DNA of 64,000 nt from Pirellulales bacterium. Its GTDB lineage: Bacteria; Planctomycetota; Planctomycetia; Pirellulales; PALSA-1355. Of this stretch, positions 10,939-20,982 are shown piece by piece. The notes under the pieces are model-generated. The model worked only from the letters and a program-made list of their open reading frames with translations. It did no database searches and had not been told where the DNA came from. Position numbers and translations under genes: made by a program. Position 1 is the first letter of the stretch, and every line of letters starts with the position of its first letter. The stretch covers positions 2,495-66,494 of the forward strand of contig JBGSKX010000006.1 of the NCBI GenBank assembly GCA_041741015.1. Reading direction: 5' to 3'.

Positions 10939-11829
10939 ATGCCACAGCTCGCTGCATTTCCGAAGGCTTACATGGACAACCTGGTCGTCGACGGTTCGAT
11001 GACGATTCGCGATTGGGTCGAGCTCGCCGATTCGAATCTCGATATCGATGGCCTTGAATTCTATAGCGGCTTCCTGGAATTGCAGGACAGCCGCAACTGG
11101 CGCGAAGCGCGCAAGATCGTGGAGGAAAAGGGACTCACCATCCCCATGCTTTGCTGCTCCCCCGATTTCACCCATCCCGACGTTGAGTTCCGCCGTCAAC
11201 AGATCGAACTCGAAAAAGGCTGGATCGACATGACCGCCGAACTCGGCGGACGCTTTTGTCGCGTGCTCTCAGGTCAACGGCGACCTGAGGTGTCGCGCGA
11301 AGAAGGAATTCGCTATGCCGCAGAAAGCATCGAAGCGTGCATTCCTCACGCGCAGGCGTCAGGCATCACGCTGATTATCGAGAATCACTACAAGGACAAT
11401 TACTGGCAGTATCCCGAATTCGCCCAGCATATGGATGTGTTTTGCGATCTTGTGGCGCGCCTGCCGACGAATGGTTTTGGCGTGAATTACGATCCGAGCA
11501 ACACGTTTCTGGCCGGCGAAGATCCGCTCGAACTACTCGAGCGCGTCAAGCATCGCGTGGTAACGATGCATGCCAGCGACCGTTACCTGGCCGAAGGGAC
11601 GATCGAAGACCTTCGCAAGGAAGAAGACAGCGTAGGTTACGCCAGCCGCTTGCGGCACGGCGAGATTGGCAAGGGCATGAACGACTACGACGCGATCTTC
11701 AGCAAACTGGCTGGCGTGGGCTTCGACGGTTGGATCAGCATCGAAGACGGAGTCGACGGCATCGAACAACTAAGGCGAAGCGCCGAGTTCCTCAGACGCA
11801 AAATGGCGGAATACTGGCCGTCAAAGTAG
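10939..11829 (+). CDS. Sugar phosphate isomerase/epimerase (xylose isomerase-like TIM barrel)
   Basis: Family-typical IENHY, NYDPSN and WISIED blocks. The ATG at 10939 is preferred over the TTG track start at 10861. Confidence 0.75.
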   Translation: MPQLAAFPKAYMDNLVVDGSMTIRDWVELADSNLDIDGLEFYSGFLELQDSRNWREARKIVEEKGLTIPMLCCSPDFTHPDVEFRRQQIELEKGWIDMTAELGGRFCRVLSGQRRPEVSREEGIRYAAESIEACIPHAQASGITLIIENHYKDNYWQYPEFAQHMDVFCDLVARLPTNGFGVNYDPSNTFLAGEDPLELLERVKHRVVTMHASDRYLAEGTIEDLRKEEDSVGYASRLRHGEIGKGMNDYDAIFSKLAGVGFDGWISIEDGVDGIEQLRRSAEFLRRKMAEYWPSK

Positions 11830-11839
11830 ATCGCAGACC

Positions 11840-12115
11840 CTAACCCCGAGCTTGCGGCTGAAACTCTCGCTGCTCGCGGCGAAAACCGCGGTGCTGGCAG
11901 TTGTGCTTTGGCGGTCCCATTCGCGCGGCCAGGACGCGTTCGATGTCTTCGGCCGACATCCCGCGCTCGATCATCTCCATCTTGAGCGTGGCTTCCATGT
12001 CGTCTCGCTGCATTTTGCGATTGTTGATGCCGATGATCAGCGTCATGCCCACGACCGTTAGCGCCAGAAGCGGCAAGCAAATGCCCAACACGGCTTCGAT
12101 CGGAAATCCGTTCAT
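11840..12115 (-). CDS. Small single-pass membrane protein, unknown function (paralog A)
   Basis: From Met30 of the track ORF: MNGFPIEAVLGICLPLLALTVVGMTLIIG (TM), then RDDMEATLKMEMIERGMSAEDIERVLAAR. This block is shared almost verbatim with the neighbouring gene. Confidence 0.55.
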   Translation of the reverse strand: MNGFPIEAVLGICLPLLALTVVGMTLIIGINNRKMQRDDMEATLKMEMIERGMSAEDIERVLAARMGPPKHNCQHRGFRREQREFQPQARG

Positions 12116-12137
12116 ATTGTGAACCTTTGAGTTGGCA

Positions 12138-12452
12138 TCAGTTGCACGGCTTGGCGAACCCGCGACGCATTCCAGCCCAAGCAGAATTACGGCCGATCTC
12201 AATCGCCTTCGGGCCGCAGTCCGCCGCGCGAGCCTCCAGCACTTTGCGGATGTCGTCGGCCGACAAGCCGCGCTGGATCATCTCCATTTTGAGAGTGGCC
12301 TCGATGTCATCCATCCGGCTGCGGCGATAATGGTAGGAAACGACCGCCACGAGGCCAATCGATAAACCCCCGATGATGGCGACCAGCCCCAGGAAGATGC
12401 CGCACAACGCGAGCAACTCTTCGCTGGTCAATTGCGACAGAAGTTCGGACAT
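12138..12452 (-). CDS. Small single-pass membrane protein, unknown function (paralog B)
   Basis: From Met17 of the track ORF: MSELLSQLTSEELLALCGIFLGLVAIIGGLSIGLVAVV (TM), then RMDDIEATLKMEMIQRGLSADDIRKVLEAR. Confidence 0.55.
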   Translation of the reverse strand: MSELLSQLTSEELLALCGIFLGLVAIIGGLSIGLVAVVSYHYRRSRMDDIEATLKMEMIQRGLSADDIRKVLEARAADCGPKAIEIGRNSAWAGMRRGFAKPCN

Positions 12453-12619
12453 GGCGACTTTTCCCGGGTCGGTAGCCGTTAAGGCGAATTCCCCGCTCAC
12501 ACCGTATTCGCCCCAGTATGGTCAATCTTGGGGAATTGGCAAGAAAAACGGCCTGTCACCGCACAAATGTCGGCTGTGTCTCAAGCGGATTGGATGCGAG
12601 ACGTGCTTTTACCGGAAGC

Positions 12620-13789
12620 TTATGCCTTCAGCTGCTCATCGTGGCGCATGCCGCTGGGGGGCAGGTCGGCGCGGTGCACATTAGCTAAGGCGGCCTTGGC
12701 GCCGGCGTGCTGCTCGGCGTCATTGTCTTCCCACTCGATCGATACGGCGCCCGAGAAACCAGCCCGGTTGAGCTCGACCAGCAGCTCTTCGGTGTTCGTG
12801 GCGTCGCGCGCCGTGCCCGGCGTCACGAAATTCCAGCCGTTATGCTTGTCGCCCATTGGCTTGTGACCACCCAGTCGGCCATTGCGGGTGTAGCCTTTGT
12901 CGACTTGCACACCCTTGATATGGGCACAGTGAATCCGGTCGCCGTGCGTGCGGATGAAGTCGACGCCGCTCACCCCTTGCCATTCCATGTGCGAGCAATC
13001 GAAATTGAAGCCGGCGGCCTTCTCGAAACCGGCCTTGTCGACAGCGGCCAGGTAGTCGCCGGCACTGGTGATGTCGCCCATCGCGCGTTCACTGGGGTGG
13101 CATTCAAGGTCAAATGTCGTGTCGTACTTGAGGCATGCCTGGAAGACGGGCGCGAAACGCTCAACTAAAAGTTCCAGGCTCACGTCGAATACATTCGGAA
13201 TCTCGTGACCGCCCAATGAGCTCGGCAGCGGCGGGAACAAGAACCAATGACTCCAGCAATGGGCCGGCGAACCGACGAATCCGGAGACGGGAACGACGCG
13301 ATCCTCCAGCTTGCCGATAAAGTGCGCGAGCCGCACGATGTTCACCAGCGTCGTGGCCGCTTGCTTGCGAGCGATTTCAGCCACGTCGTCCGGCACGTAG
13401 TAGGGGTTCGTACGGGGCGGCTTGTTTCCGGCGGCGCGCCACTTTGAGTAGGCTTCGACAGATTCACCGCCTAGGAACTGTAGCGTCTTGGCGCTCGGTT
13501 CGTCGCCCAGTGCCTGGCCTTGCAGGTGAGCGGCCAGTGAGAAGATTTCCAGCCCTCGCTTCTTGGCTTTCGCCACGCGCTCTTCGGCATAGGCCTTCGC
13601 GCCCGCGTCGTCGCCGCAGCGAGCCAGGTCGAGTTCCCAACTGGCTTCTTCCCAGCCGTCAAAACCGGTCTTTGCGATCCAGTCGAGCCACTGATCCTCG
13701 GGCACGTTTCCAAACTGCCCGCGGACGAGGCCAATCTGGTGATAGGAGTGCTTGCCGGAACGGTGCTGCGCGGTTTGATGGTGGCCCAT
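12620..13789 (-). CDS. Sugar phosphate isomerase/epimerase family protein (xylose isomerase-like TIM barrel)
   Basis: Long 389 aa ORF with family-like blocks (GFDGWE, FDLECHPSE, SIEWEDN). The assignment is by general resemblance only. Confidence 0.65.
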   Translation of the reverse strand: MGHHQTAQHRSGKHSYHQIGLVRGQFGNVPEDQWLDWIAKTGFDGWEEASWELDLARCGDDAGAKAYAEERVAKAKKRGLEIFSLAAHLQGQALGDEPSAKTLQFLGGESVEAYSKWRAAGNKPPRTNPYYVPDDVAEIARKQAATTLVNIVRLAHFIGKLEDRVVPVSGFVGSPAHCWSHWFLFPPLPSSLGGHEIPNVFDVSLELLVERFAPVFQACLKYDTTFDLECHPSERAMGDITSAGDYLAAVDKAGFEKAAGFNFDCSHMEWQGVSGVDFIRTHGDRIHCAHIKGVQVDKGYTRNGRLGGHKPMGDKHNGWNFVTPGTARDATNTEELLVELNRAGFSGAVSIEWEDNDAEQHAGAKAALANVHRADLPPSGMRHDEQLKA

Positions 13790-13990
13790 GGCTCGCTCGA
13801 AAGTGGCTGGTTGGTGGGAGGATTGGCCGGCAAATTTACCCGCCGGGAACTTCGCATCTTATTGCATCAAGGGTGAATTGCAAGCACGTCGGCAGGCTCA
13901 AGATGGCGGTGGCCTGGCCCTTAAATTACATTGTCAAGCATACCGGCCGTCGTCGCCGAAGCGCCGTGCTAACCCCACACCGAGACCGTC

Positions 13991-14974
13991 ATGGATCGCC
14001 GCTACTTTTTGCACGCCGCCGGCAGTGCCGGGATCGCCGCTGTTGCGCTGCGTGCCGCAGCCGGCGAGGTAAAGTCCGCCGTGACGATCCGCCGGACCGA
14101 GCCCGATCGCTTCGTGCTCGACTTTTCGCCCAGCGAGCCGCGGCCGCTGCGCATCCTGCAGCTTACCGATACGCACTTCGGCAGCCAGAATGTCGGTGCG
14201 AAGATCAACGACAGTCGCAGCTTTCTGGAGATCCGCCGGCTGGTCGAAGAGCAGAAGCCAGATTTTCTGGTACACACTGGCGACTTCATCAACAACGACC
14301 AGGGCGAGAAGGTCAGCTTTGAAGCGATTGAGGTCTTCGACGACTTGAGCATTCCTTGGACACACGCACTGGGTAATCATGATCACGGCCACCTCAGTGT
14401 CGCGGAGTTCCGCAAACCGATGAAGCACGCCGCAGTGGGCGAGTTCGGTGCTGGTGACAAGACGGAGTACGCTTTCCGCTTCAATATCACCACTGGCGGT
14501 GGCGGCGATCCGCGATACTCCCTGTTCTGCTTCGACTCGGGCTTCAAAGAGCCCAACCGCCGAGTTAGCCAGCCGCAGATCGAATGGTTCGTGGGACAGA
14601 TGAAACGCGACGCGGCCGAGGGTCTTAAGACGCCGAGTCTGGCGATGATTCATATCCCCGTCGTGGAGTTCGAGAGCCTGCGGGCTGCGAACCTGCATAA
14701 AGGGCACTTTGGTGAGCGAGTCTGTTTCGACAGTGACACTGGCGACACGTTCACTGCGCTCAAAAACTCCGGTCGCGTGCGGGCCGTATTCAGCGGCCAC
14801 GATCATGAGAATGACTATGCCGGTATCTGGCAGGGGATCGAACTGGTGTATGGCCGCGTCGGCGGCTGGTCAGGTTATGGTGACCTTGAACGCGGTGGAC
14901 GGCTGATCGAGATCGATCTGGCCACGGGCGGATATACCCATAGGATCGTGACACCCAAGCGGCGCGACGCGTAG
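13991..14974 (+). CDS. Tat-signal metallophosphoesterase (calcineurin-like)
   Basis: The twin-arginine N-terminus is MDRRYFLHAAGSAGIAAVALRAAAG. Metallophosphoesterase motifs present are LTDTHFG, TGDFIN, GNHDH and SGHDHEND. Confidence 0.8.
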   Translation: MDRRYFLHAAGSAGIAAVALRAAAGEVKSAVTIRRTEPDRFVLDFSPSEPRPLRILQLTDTHFGSQNVGAKINDSRSFLEIRRLVEEQKPDFLVHTGDFINNDQGEKVSFEAIEVFDDLSIPWTHALGNHDHGHLSVAEFRKPMKHAAVGEFGAGDKTEYAFRFNITTGGGGDPRYSLFCFDSGFKEPNRRVSQPQIEWFVGQMKRDAAEGLKTPSLAMIHIPVVEFESLRAANLHKGHFGERVCFDSDTGDTFTALKNSGRVRAVFSGHDHENDYAGIWQGIELVYGRVGGWSGYGDLERGGRLIEIDLATGGYTHRIVTPKRRDA

Positions 14975-15005
14975 ATCGGCAAACTGTAAGGAAACAGGTA
15001 CTGCA

Positions 15006-15866
15006 ATGAGACTATCCAAGTTGCGGCTGTCCGATGGCACGCTCACGAGCGGAGTTGTCGAGGACCTTGGGTTTCAGTTGCTGCCGCGCACCGACGTTTA
15101 CGACTCATTGTCGGCGATTCTGGAGTCCCCCGACCCGAAAGCAACCGTCGATGAATTGATCACGGCGAGCCCCGGCTTCGTGCCCTTGGATAGCGTTGAA
15201 TTGCTGGCGCCGATTGACCAACAGGAAGTGTGGGCTGCCGGCGTGACGTATCGACGTAGCCAAGTCGCCCGGATGGAGGAGTCGAAGGGCGCGGCAGTAT
15301 TTTACGATCAAGTCTATCTGGCAGACCGGCCGGAGCTGTTCTTTAAGGCGACGCCGCATCGTGTGGCCGGTTCCGGCCAGGATGTTCGAATTCGTCGTGA
15401 CGCACGCTGGAACGTCCCAGAGCCGGAGTTGGCCTTGGTATTGAACTCACGGCTGGAACTGGTCGGCTTCACGATTGGCAATGATATGAGTTCGCGTGAC
15501 ATCGAAGGGGCGAATCCCCTCTATCTGCCGCAGGCGAAGGTTTACGACGCATGCTGCGGCCTGGGACCCTGGATCACACTAGCTGGCGCGATGCCCTCGC
15601 CTGAGGAAACGACCATCCTGCTAGAAATCGAGCGAAACGATGCGATCGTATTTAGCAACAGTACGAAGGTCTCGCAAATGGCCCGTGGTTTTGCCGATCT
15701 CATCGGCTGGTTGGGGCGCGACAATTCCTTTCCCGCCGGCGCGATTCTCTTGACAGGTACGGGGATTGTTCCGGGCGATGACTTCACGCTCATGCCGGGA
15801 GATGGCGTAAGCATCTGGATTACCGGGATAGGATGTCTGTTCAATCCGGTCGTGCAAGCATCCTGA
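15006..15866 (+). CDS. Fumarylacetoacetate hydrolase (FAH) family protein, 2-keto-3-deoxy-pentonate dehydratase-like
   Basis: WAAGVTY, ELFFKATPHRV, NVPEPELALV, GNDMSSRDIEG and NPLYLPQAKVY resemble the KdaD/FAH family as I remember it. Confidence 0.75.
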   Translation: MRLSKLRLSDGTLTSGVVEDLGFQLLPRTDVYDSLSAILESPDPKATVDELITASPGFVPLDSVELLAPIDQQEVWAAGVTYRRSQVARMEESKGAAVFYDQVYLADRPELFFKATPHRVAGSGQDVRIRRDARWNVPEPELALVLNSRLELVGFTIGNDMSSRDIEGANPLYLPQAKVYDACCGLGPWITLAGAMPSPEETTILLEIERNDAIVFSNSTKVSQMARGFADLIGWLGRDNSFPAGAILLTGTGIVPGDDFTLMPGDGVSIWITGIGCLFNPVVQAS

Positions 15867-16730
15867 TCGCACCCGAGTTGGGGCATTCTGGGTTGAACCT
15901 GCTCCTTGTACGACGCGTATAATCGTTAGAGCCGGAGCAATGGCAGGATTTTGCGTGACCGGAGGCGCGCGATCCGAACGATTTCCTTTCGCTATTTCCC
16001 GATCCTGGGACAACCGCTACCGTCGCCCTAACCGTGGGCGATAAAGGCAATCCACATAATGGTTTGCCACGGGCATCGCTTGCCTGTCCGGCCGCACAGG
16101 AACGCTCGTCACGTGCGCCAGGACCGGAGTGCTCGTTACGACTGGAGAAAGTTTCTAAAGTCGCCCCCCTCCGGGAATCGAAACTAACTTCGGAAGGTTT
16201 GTTCCGCCAGCGACTTTCGCAAGGAGTTGGCGGGATGAACTGCAGGGGGGGACACCTGCCGCAAGACAAGCCATTGTTTTGCTCACGGCTTCGGCCGGGC
16301 ATTTTCACTCGCGTGGATTCGCGCGATTAAAAAGCCTGATCGGGCCGCACGCGCACGCCCCACTTGTATCCGGACGTTTGAGCCAACATGGTTCGTTCCC
16401 AAGACGAACCGTTAGGCGAGGCAAAATCCGCCCTTCGTGAAATGCTGGGCAAGCTTTGCAGCTCAAGGATTTTCCTCCGCGCTTAAACCATCCGGACTGC
16501 CGATGACTGAAGCGAGGCTCGGATCAGAAGGACCTGAACCACGCCCCGAAGAAGCAATTAACAACGTGATGCCCCGACCCAGATGTTTGCGGTAAGGCCG
16601 GTCGCCCCCACGATCGGACCGAAGGAACGGAACAAAGGCCGAACAACCGCAGGCAAGGGGCGATTTAGCTCCGCGGAACTTACCGCGGACGAGTTCCCAC
16701 AATAGCGCGAGTCATTTTGGAGAGCCTGTA

Positions 16731-17303
16731 ATGAAGGTCTTCACCACGGGTCAGGTCGCAAAGATCTGTAAAGTAGCCCCACGTACGGTTAGTAAATGGT
16801 TTGATTCGGGCCGGCTCAAGGGATATCGCATCCCGGGCAGCCAGGACCGCCGCATTCCCCGCGAGTATTTGATCCGCTTCTTGAAAGAGCACGGCATGCC
16901 CCTGGGCGACCTCGAAGACGAGGCCATGGCCAAGGTGCTGCTCGTCGGTCAGGACCAGGTTCTGATTGAGAACCTCAAGCAGAAGCTGCCGATCGACCGT
17001 TCGTTCAAAGTCGCGGTTGCCGCTAGCGGATTCGAAGCCGGCATCCAGGCCGAGAGCTTCCATCCGGACTGCATCATCGTCGACTTCTCGATTGGCCGGG
17101 TTGAAGCCCTGCAGATTTGCCAGAATCTGCGTCGCAACCCCGAGTATGCCGACACGATTCTGATCGCCCTGCTGCCGGACGACGGCAGTTCGACGAGCTT
17201 CGATCGCTCCAGCATCAATGAAACCTTCAAGAAACCGTTTGACGCCGCCTTGCTTGCCGAGCGGATCCGGACCTTGATTGGCGCTCGCAAAGAGCTCGTC
17301 TAA
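16731..17303 (+). CDS. DNA-binding regulator: N-terminal excisionase/MerR-type HTH plus C-terminal receiver-like domain
   Basis: TTGQVAKICKVAPRTVSKWFDSGRLKGYRIPGSQDRRIPREYL is the HTH. The REC-like part is VLLVGQDQ ... CIIVDFSIG ... FKKPF. GGAGA lies before the ATG. Confidence 0.75.
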   Translation: MKVFTTGQVAKICKVAPRTVSKWFDSGRLKGYRIPGSQDRRIPREYLIRFLKEHGMPLGDLEDEAMAKVLLVGQDQVLIENLKQKLPIDRSFKVAVAASGFEAGIQAESFHPDCIIVDFSIGRVEALQICQNLRRNPEYADTILIALLPDDGSSTSFDRSSINETFKKPFDAALLAERIRTLIGARKELV

Positions 17304-17354
17304 CGAGCGGCGCGGTTTCGCCGGGCACTGGGCGCCCAAGACTCGCTAAAACCA

Positions 17355-17392
17355 ACCCGTCGCGGGATGACCCCCCGCGACGGGTTTTTTTT
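17355..17392 (+). terminator. Rho-independent terminator
   Basis: Stem cccgtcgcggg / cccgcgacggg followed by T9, about 50 nt after the stop at 17303. Confidence 0.8.
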
Positions 17393-17619
17393 GCGCGCGT
17401 GGGAAGCGTCTTAGAGTGCATTCTGCTTACTTTACGAAGCAAAGTGCGACCTTCTCGCCCCAGCTCGAAATGCCCCTCGACGCGCCCTGTGCGAAATCTA
17501 GAATGAACGTCGGGTTTCTCGCGCCTCCTGGACCTGCATGCGGGTATTTGGGCTCCAGGGTGATGCTGCAAAATGGTTTGCGGTTGTCATTTCGCGAGTA
17601 AGCGACTCTGGGCAAGCCG

Positions 17620-18099
17620 GTGATGGGCGAACTGACACACTTCGATGCTGAAGGCGCCAGCCGAATGGTCGACGTGGCCGCCAAGCCCGTCACCCAGCGG
17701 GCGGCAACCGCCAGCGGAAGCGTGCGAATGCAGCCCCAAACGCTGGCCCTGATACGAGGCGGCAACAGCGCCAAAGGGGATGTCCTGGAGGTGGCTCGGC
17801 TGGCCGCGATCATGGCAGCCAAGCAAACCAGCGGGCTGATCCCGCTCTGCCACCAAGTGCCGCTGGATGCCGTGGAAGTGAGCTTCGCGTTTCCTGATGA
17901 CCAGCATGTGGCGATCACGGCAACGGCCAGGGCCACGGCCCGAACTGGCGTCGAGATGGAAGCTCTAGTCGCGGTGAGTGTAGCGGGGCTGACGATCTAC
18001 GACATGTGTAAGGCGGTCGATCGGGCTATGGTCGTCGAGCGTGTGCAACTGGAAGCAAAGTCGGGAGGGCGAAGCGGCAACTTTCGCCGTGAGCCGTGA
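17620..18099 (+). CDS. moaC: Cyclic pyranopterin monophosphate synthase MoaC
   Basis: LTHFD, MVDV..K, KGDVL and LIPLCH motifs; the length is about 159 aa. Confidence 0.9.
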   Translation: MMGELTHFDAEGASRMVDVAAKPVTQRAATASGSVRMQPQTLALIRGGNSAKGDVLEVARLAAIMAAKQTSGLIPLCHQVPLDAVEVSFAFPDDQHVAITATARATARTGVEMEALVAVSVAGLTIYDMCKAVDRAMVVERVQLEAKSGGRSGNFRREP

Positions 18100-19157
18100 G
18101 TGAACCAATGACGAGTGTGCATGGCGCTACAGACCAGAAGGACCTTCGTTCGATGAAGCAAGCCACCCGCGAGCAGGATGCCCTCGCGCGCCACTGGAAA
18201 CGCCTGTACGCGCCGATCGCCGATGAGCTGGCCGCCAGCGAATTGCTGCTCCGCAGCGAGCTCACCAGCGACGATCCGTTTGTTGACGGGCTCGTGAAGC
18301 ACGCCTATCGACTTGGCGGCAAGCGGCTGCGGCCGGCGCTCGTGCTGCTGGCCGGCAAAGCTGCGGGCAAGACCTCGCGCGAGCACGTTGTGCTTGCTAC
18401 CGTGCTGGAGATGATTCACACCGCGACACTGGTGCACGACGACGTACTGGACGAAGCAAGTCTCCGCCGGCATCGCGAAACGATCAACGCCCGCAGCGAC
18501 AATGAAGCCAGTGTGCTGGTGGGCGACTTCCTGTTCACGCACTCGTTCTACCTGGCCAGTTCGTTGGAGACGACCTACGCTTGCCGACGGATCGGACACT
18601 CGACGAACATTGTTTGCGCCGGCGAGCTGCGGCAGATCAACAGTCGCGGTAACTTCGAACTCACAGAGCCCGAGTATCTCTCGATCATCGACGCAAAGAC
18701 GGCCGAGCTGTGTGCCTGCTGTTGCCGGCTCGGTGGGCACTATGCCGGCGCGAGCGAAGCGGTCGAGGAATCTCTCGACCGCTACGGTCGCAACCTGGGC
18801 ATCGCATTTCAGATCGCGGATGACATGCTCGACCTGGTCGGCGATGAAGCTTCGATGGGCAAAAGCCTGGGCACCGACCTCGAAAAACAGAAGCTCACGC
18901 TGCCGCTCATCCGTCTGCTCTCCAAGAGCTCGCCCGACGAACGTGTCGAGATCCGCGAGCTGCTGGCTTCCAAGAGCCGAGCAGACCGCAGCCAGATCGC
19001 ACTCTGGCTCGAGCGGGGCGACGGGATGGAGTACGCCCGGCAGACGGCCCGGCGCTATGCGGATCTGGCCCGCGTCGAGGCCGAAGCTCTTCCGGTGGGC
19101 GAAGCCCGGGACGTGCTCGTGTCGCTGAGTGAACTGGTGGTAAGCCGGCAGGACTGA
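18096..19157 (+). CDS. Polyprenyl diphosphate synthase (long-chain trans-IPPS, IspB/HepT-like)
   Basis: First and second Asp-rich motifs LVHDDVLDE and QIADDMLD. The start overlaps the moaC stop by 4 nt. Confidence 0.88.
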   Translation: MSEPMTSVHGATDQKDLRSMKQATREQDALARHWKRLYAPIADELAASELLLRSELTSDDPFVDGLVKHAYRLGGKRLRPALVLLAGKAAGKTSREHVVLATVLEMIHTATLVHDDVLDEASLRRHRETINARSDNEASVLVGDFLFTHSFYLASSLETTYACRRIGHSTNIVCAGELRQINSRGNFELTEPEYLSIIDAKTAELCACCCRLGGHYAGASEAVEESLDRYGRNLGIAFQIADDMLDLVGDEASMGKSLGTDLEKQKLTLPLIRLLSKSSPDERVEIRELLASKSRADRSQIALWLERGDGMEYARQTARRYADLARVEAEALPVGEARDVLVSLSELVVSRQD

Positions 19158-19166
19158 GCGGAAGGC

Positions 19167-19583
19167 TTAAGTAGCTTCCACACGGCTTCGAGCCGGAATC
19201 GCTGCGATCAGGTGGAGCACGACTCCGCCTAGCGCGAGATAGATTGCCGGACGTGACCAGGGCCGAGCCAATCCACTCAAGTAAGGTTCGGTGCAGAACC
19301 CCGCGAGAAATAGCGGCGGACCGGCTAAGAGTGCGAGAGATCCAAGGAGTTGCAGCCCGCACCGCCAGCGCGCGTCTGCCGGCCTCAAGTAGATGCCCGT
19401 CATAGCATTTGCCACCGACGCCAGCAGGATGTAAACGTGCGTCGAGCGATAGAGCATCCGCGCCGTGTCGTCGTAGCCCCGCAGATGGTCATGGACGCGG
19501 TCCATGTACTGGCCCGTAGCAAGGAAAGCGATGATGCCGAGCAGTCCCACAAGCAGATGGAGCCGGCGAAGCAGAGTGAGCAT
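19167..19583 (-). CDS. Hypothetical integral membrane protein (about 4 TM)
   Basis: 138 aa ORF with four hydrophobic spans and no recognisable motif. Confidence 0.5.
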   Translation of the reverse strand: MLTLLRRLHLLVGLLGIIAFLATGQYMDRVHDHLRGYDDTARMLYRSTHVYILLASVANAMTGIYLRPADARWRCGLQLLGSLALLAGPPLFLAGFCTEPYLSGLARPWSRPAIYLALGGVVLHLIAAIPARSRVEAT

Positions 19584-19724
19584 GAGCGTTGTTAGAATGT
19601 AAAGAAGCGTGGCAGGCGAGCGATTCTAATAGACCATCATCGGCTCACAAGGTTCGTGATCGAGCGCAGACAATCGAAGAATCGGTAGATCGGTGATGTC
19701 CGGAGCTCAAAACTAGAGGGTCTT

Positions 19725-20090
19725 ATGCAAACCGCGAAGCTCGTTCAGGTGCAGCCGATTCTGGGCACGCGTGACCTGGCCGCGGCCGTTCAGTTTTACA
19801 CGGAACGGCTGGGCTTCACGCTGTCGTTCGGCGATCCGACGGTCGAAGTCGGCTACGTTGGCTTGCGACGCGATAAGGTCGAATTGCACTTGCAGTTTCA
19901 ATACGAACACGAAATGTCCACGACGCGATTACGCATCGTGGTCGACGATCCGGACTCGCTGTTCGCCGAATACCGGGACAAAGGCGTGTTTCACGTAGAA
20001 ACCCGGCCGGCCGATACCGCCTGGGGCACGCGGGAATTCGCGTTCTATGATCTCGATCGGAACGGGTTGACGTTTTACCGAGACTTATAA
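19725..20090 (+). CDS. Glyoxalase / bleomycin-resistance (VOC) family protein
   Basis: 121 aa with a VOC-like pattern: QPILGTRDLAAAVQFYTERLGF ... AWGTREFAFYDLDRNGLTF. Confidence 0.75.
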   Translation: MQTAKLVQVQPILGTRDLAAAVQFYTERLGFTLSFGDPTVEVGYVGLRRDKVELHLQFQYEHEMSTTRLRIVVDDPDSLFAEYRDKGVFHVETRPADTAWGTREFAFYDLDRNGLTFYRDL

Positions 20091-20097
20091 GGCAAGC

Positions 20098-20982
20098 TCA
20101 CGCTGGCCACGTACGGCTTTGTTGCATGCGGAACCCTGTGAGTTTGATGTCACCGTTGCTCAAGGCCTCGACGGTTGAGTAGCCGTTATTCTCGGGGCCT
20201 GAGCCCTCAATCATGGCGACCAGCGTGCAATAATGAATGCCGGCGATGTCCTGGTAGTCGTTCTGGTGGCTGTGGCCTTGAAATACGGCCTGGACCCGCC
20301 CTGACTTCTCCAGGATGCGGCGCACTTCGGCAGCGTGGCGGACGGCGTGCACGCCCCCTTCGTCGAGCCGCTGATGAGCGAAGATGATGGTCGGCTGCTT
20401 GTTGCTCGCCAGGTCCGCAGCCAGCCATTCGAGTTGGGCTGCCGGGATGTTCGCGTCCTTCCAGTCGGAGCTCCTGCGGCCGTAGGGCTGGCCGTCGGAG
20501 CGAAAACAGGAGTCCAGTACGACAAAGTGCCAGCCGCCGCGGTCGAACGAATAGTACGACTGCTTGCGACCGATCGCGCCGAGGAACTCCTCCTTGGTGA
20601 GCATGTCGACGCAGTGGTTGCCGAGCACGTAGTGCCGGTCGTCGGCGATCCGTTTAAAATCGCGATTCACGCGTTCCAGATAGCCGAGCTCGACTTCTGG
20701 CGTGTCGGCCGCGTCGATGAAATCGCCTAGTTCGACGAGGAACGCGAGCTTCTCCCTCTCGAACTGCTTGGCCGCCTCAGCAAGCTTTCCGAGCGTTTCT
20801 CGGTAATAGCGCGTGCCGGCCGGTGGCTTGTCGGCGTGGTGCAGGTCGGTGATGAGACCGAAGCGCACGGGCGCTTGCTGGGCGTCATCAGCGAACAAGA
20901 CGCGGGAGTGCGCGGCGGTAGCGAGCAACAGCGCGCCGTGCTTCAGGAAGGCTCGTCGGCCTAGAGGGAACTCGTCAGTCAT
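20098..20982 (-). CDS. Tat-signal metallophosphoesterase
   Basis: The twin-arginine N-terminus is LGRRAFLKHGALLLATAAHS. Motifs present are ITDLHH, LGDFID, GNHC and QGHSHQND. Confidence 0.8.
   Translation of the reverse strand: MTDEFPLGRRAFLKHGALLLATAAHSRVLFADDAQQAPVRFGLITDLHHADKPPAGTRYYRETLGKLAEAAKQFEREKLAFLVELGDFIDAADTPEVELGYLERVNRDFKRIADDRHYVLGNHCVDMLTKEEFLGAIGRKQSYYSFDRGGWHFVVLDSCFRSDGQPYGRRSSDWKDANIPAAQLEWLAADLASNKQPTIIFAHQRLDEGGVHAVRHAAEVRRILEKSGRVQAVFQGHSHQNDYQDIAGIHYCTLVAMIEGSGPENNGYSTVEALSNGDIKLTGFRMQQSRTWPA

Noticed and set aside
17393-17619. Possible Moco riboswitch in the 230-nt leader of moaC
   Set aside because: I could not recognise the conserved Moco-motif core or a convincing multi-stem architecture by eye. 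It would need a covariance-model scan, so it is not reported as a feature.
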